The notes under the pieces: generated by a model | The model's database searches: none | What the model was told of the DNA's origin: nothing | Seen by the model: only the letters and a program-made list of their open reading frames with translations | Position numbers and translations under genes: made by a program | In this document: positions 62,925 through 64,000 of the stretch, piece by piece | Numbering within the stretch: position 1 is the first letter of the stretch | Layout: each line of letters starts with the position of its first letter | NCBI GenBank assembly: GCA_905178155.1 | Contig: CAJINV010000004.1 | Location: forward strand, 7,818,771-7,882,770 | Direction: 5' to 3' | Source of the DNA: Amoebophrya sp. A120 | Lineage: Eukaryota > Protista > Dinoflagellata | Length of the DNA: 64,000 nucleotides

Positions 62925-64000
62925 ATGCCCGCATCTTCGCCCATCATGCCCCGCAGCACGGACCATGTTGCACCCAGACCCAGCGCTCCTTTCATTGTGG
63001 TCAAGCAGAGCCAGGTTCCGGTTGTGTCAATAACTTCGCCGCTCCGAATCGCAGAAGTCGCTCTGGCCGCGCACCAGTGCCGGGTCGTCTTGGGCTACGA
63101 TGCGTCGCAGCTCGCGCAGCTGCGTTTTGAGCGTACTCTATTAGATCGAAATTATACGGAAATAATATAATAAAGTGTGTACGTGTAGTTTTGTGTAGTT
63201 GTCAAATGCCAGTATAGATCATTTGTTGTTCGTTCTTGAACCATTGTAAAAACCAGATGTAAAAAATAAATACACACCACCACAACCCAAGAACTACAAT
63301 CGGAACTCTCAGCCGTCTCGCCCGGCGCAAACCCGCCCAGCGCTCCCGTGAAGCTCAACGCCGAGACCTCGGTGATCGACGGGGCCGAGCTCACCCAGGA
63401 TAATCTGCTGTTTCTAAAGCCCATATGTATTGCAAATATGTCTGGGTCTGGAAGAGTGGAACTTGTAGTGCTGTCTGCGGATTCTAAAAATATCTGTGTT
63501 GCATGAGCAGCAAGAGGAGTCAGCTCTTGGTACGCGGAGATGGCATTTCTCATTCGTAGTTAGCATGAAGAAGCTTTGTTCAAAAAATCTGTGATGCTAG
63601 AACAAGCATCACAGACCTCACGGGTCATGCAAAATGTGCATGACAAGGCCCGACTCTTCCAGACCCAGATATATTTGCATTTGATAGCCCACGCGGGACG
63701 GCAACTGGCTGGCCTTTCACTTTGCGGACCGGAGGGAGGTATGAACTGCAAAAGTATCGTACTCATATTGCAATCATACATTACAAGTTTTCTTCTCAAG
63801 TCAAATCCGCATTACAAATTTTCTTTCTCATGCTGAGGAAATTTGTAATGCATTTATAGTATACGAGTACGATACTTTTGCAGTTCGTAGGAGGCGGAAA
63901 CCTGGCTGGCGGCCTTCAAGGAGTGTCGGGCACAGTATAACAGTGCACAACTCCCCCTCCCCCTCATTCGTATTGCATGAGCAGCAATAGCAATACAAAC
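62925..64000 (+). CDS. Partial gene, possibly PH-domain-containing; 5' end uncertain, runs off the window
   Basis: Putative GT-AG intron 63133..63312, then LFLKP|TRDGNWLAFHFADRRE|AETWLAAFKECR, resembling the C-terminal strand and helix of a PH fold. Confidence 0.45.
63424..63686. mobile_element. Introner family A
   Basis: Family A TIRs; direct repeat GCCCA; reverse orientation of the 21256 subtype. Confidence 0.92.
63740..63889. mobile_element. Introner family B (GTA end)
   Basis: Family B TIRs; direct repeat GGAGG. Confidence 0.9.
63936..64000. mobile_element. Introner family G, truncated by the window edge
   Basis: tataacagtgcacaactccccctccccctcatt matches the family G terminus. Confidence 0.75.

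Noticed and set aside
2256-63836. Dozens of short ORFs sharing [27 protein letters not shown] or MSGSGR peptides, resembling a repeated protein family
   Set aside because: They are six-frame translations of family A TIRs, not genes.
1-64000. tRNA, rRNA, snRNA or spliced-leader genes; alternative genetic code
   Set aside because: None recognised by eye; the standard code explains all reconstructed exons.

Overview
Eukaryotic, gene-dense window. About 13 protein-coding genes can be reconstructed, all on the + strand: an unknown protein, a FANCJ-like helicase, TIP41, a large CID-like/zinc-finger protein, a FAM136-like protein, a TKL-type kinase, an MFS transporter, a PPR protein, an unknown protein with an F-box-like motif, eIF4A3, a GT31-like glycosyltransferase, AAR2 and a partial PH-like gene. 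The dominant feature is about 69 short TIR elements (145-330 bp, one of 975 bp) in at least 9 terminal-repeat families. They nearly all start TAT (sometimes TAC), end ATA (sometimes ATG or GTA), and are flanked by 5-bp direct repeats. They sit inside coding sequence. In every case I traced by hand, removing the element plus one direct repeat restores the reading frame, often through catalytic motifs. They therefore behave as non-GT-AG transposon introns (introners), resembling the architecture described for the parasitic dinoflagellate Amoebophrya (taxon inferred, not proven). The window also shows a nested introner, two introners apparently converted to canonical GT-AG introns, sequence clues to the splice register, a shared 8-bp internal motif, and one 975-bp element. 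All coordinates and gene models were derived by eye and lack RNA support.
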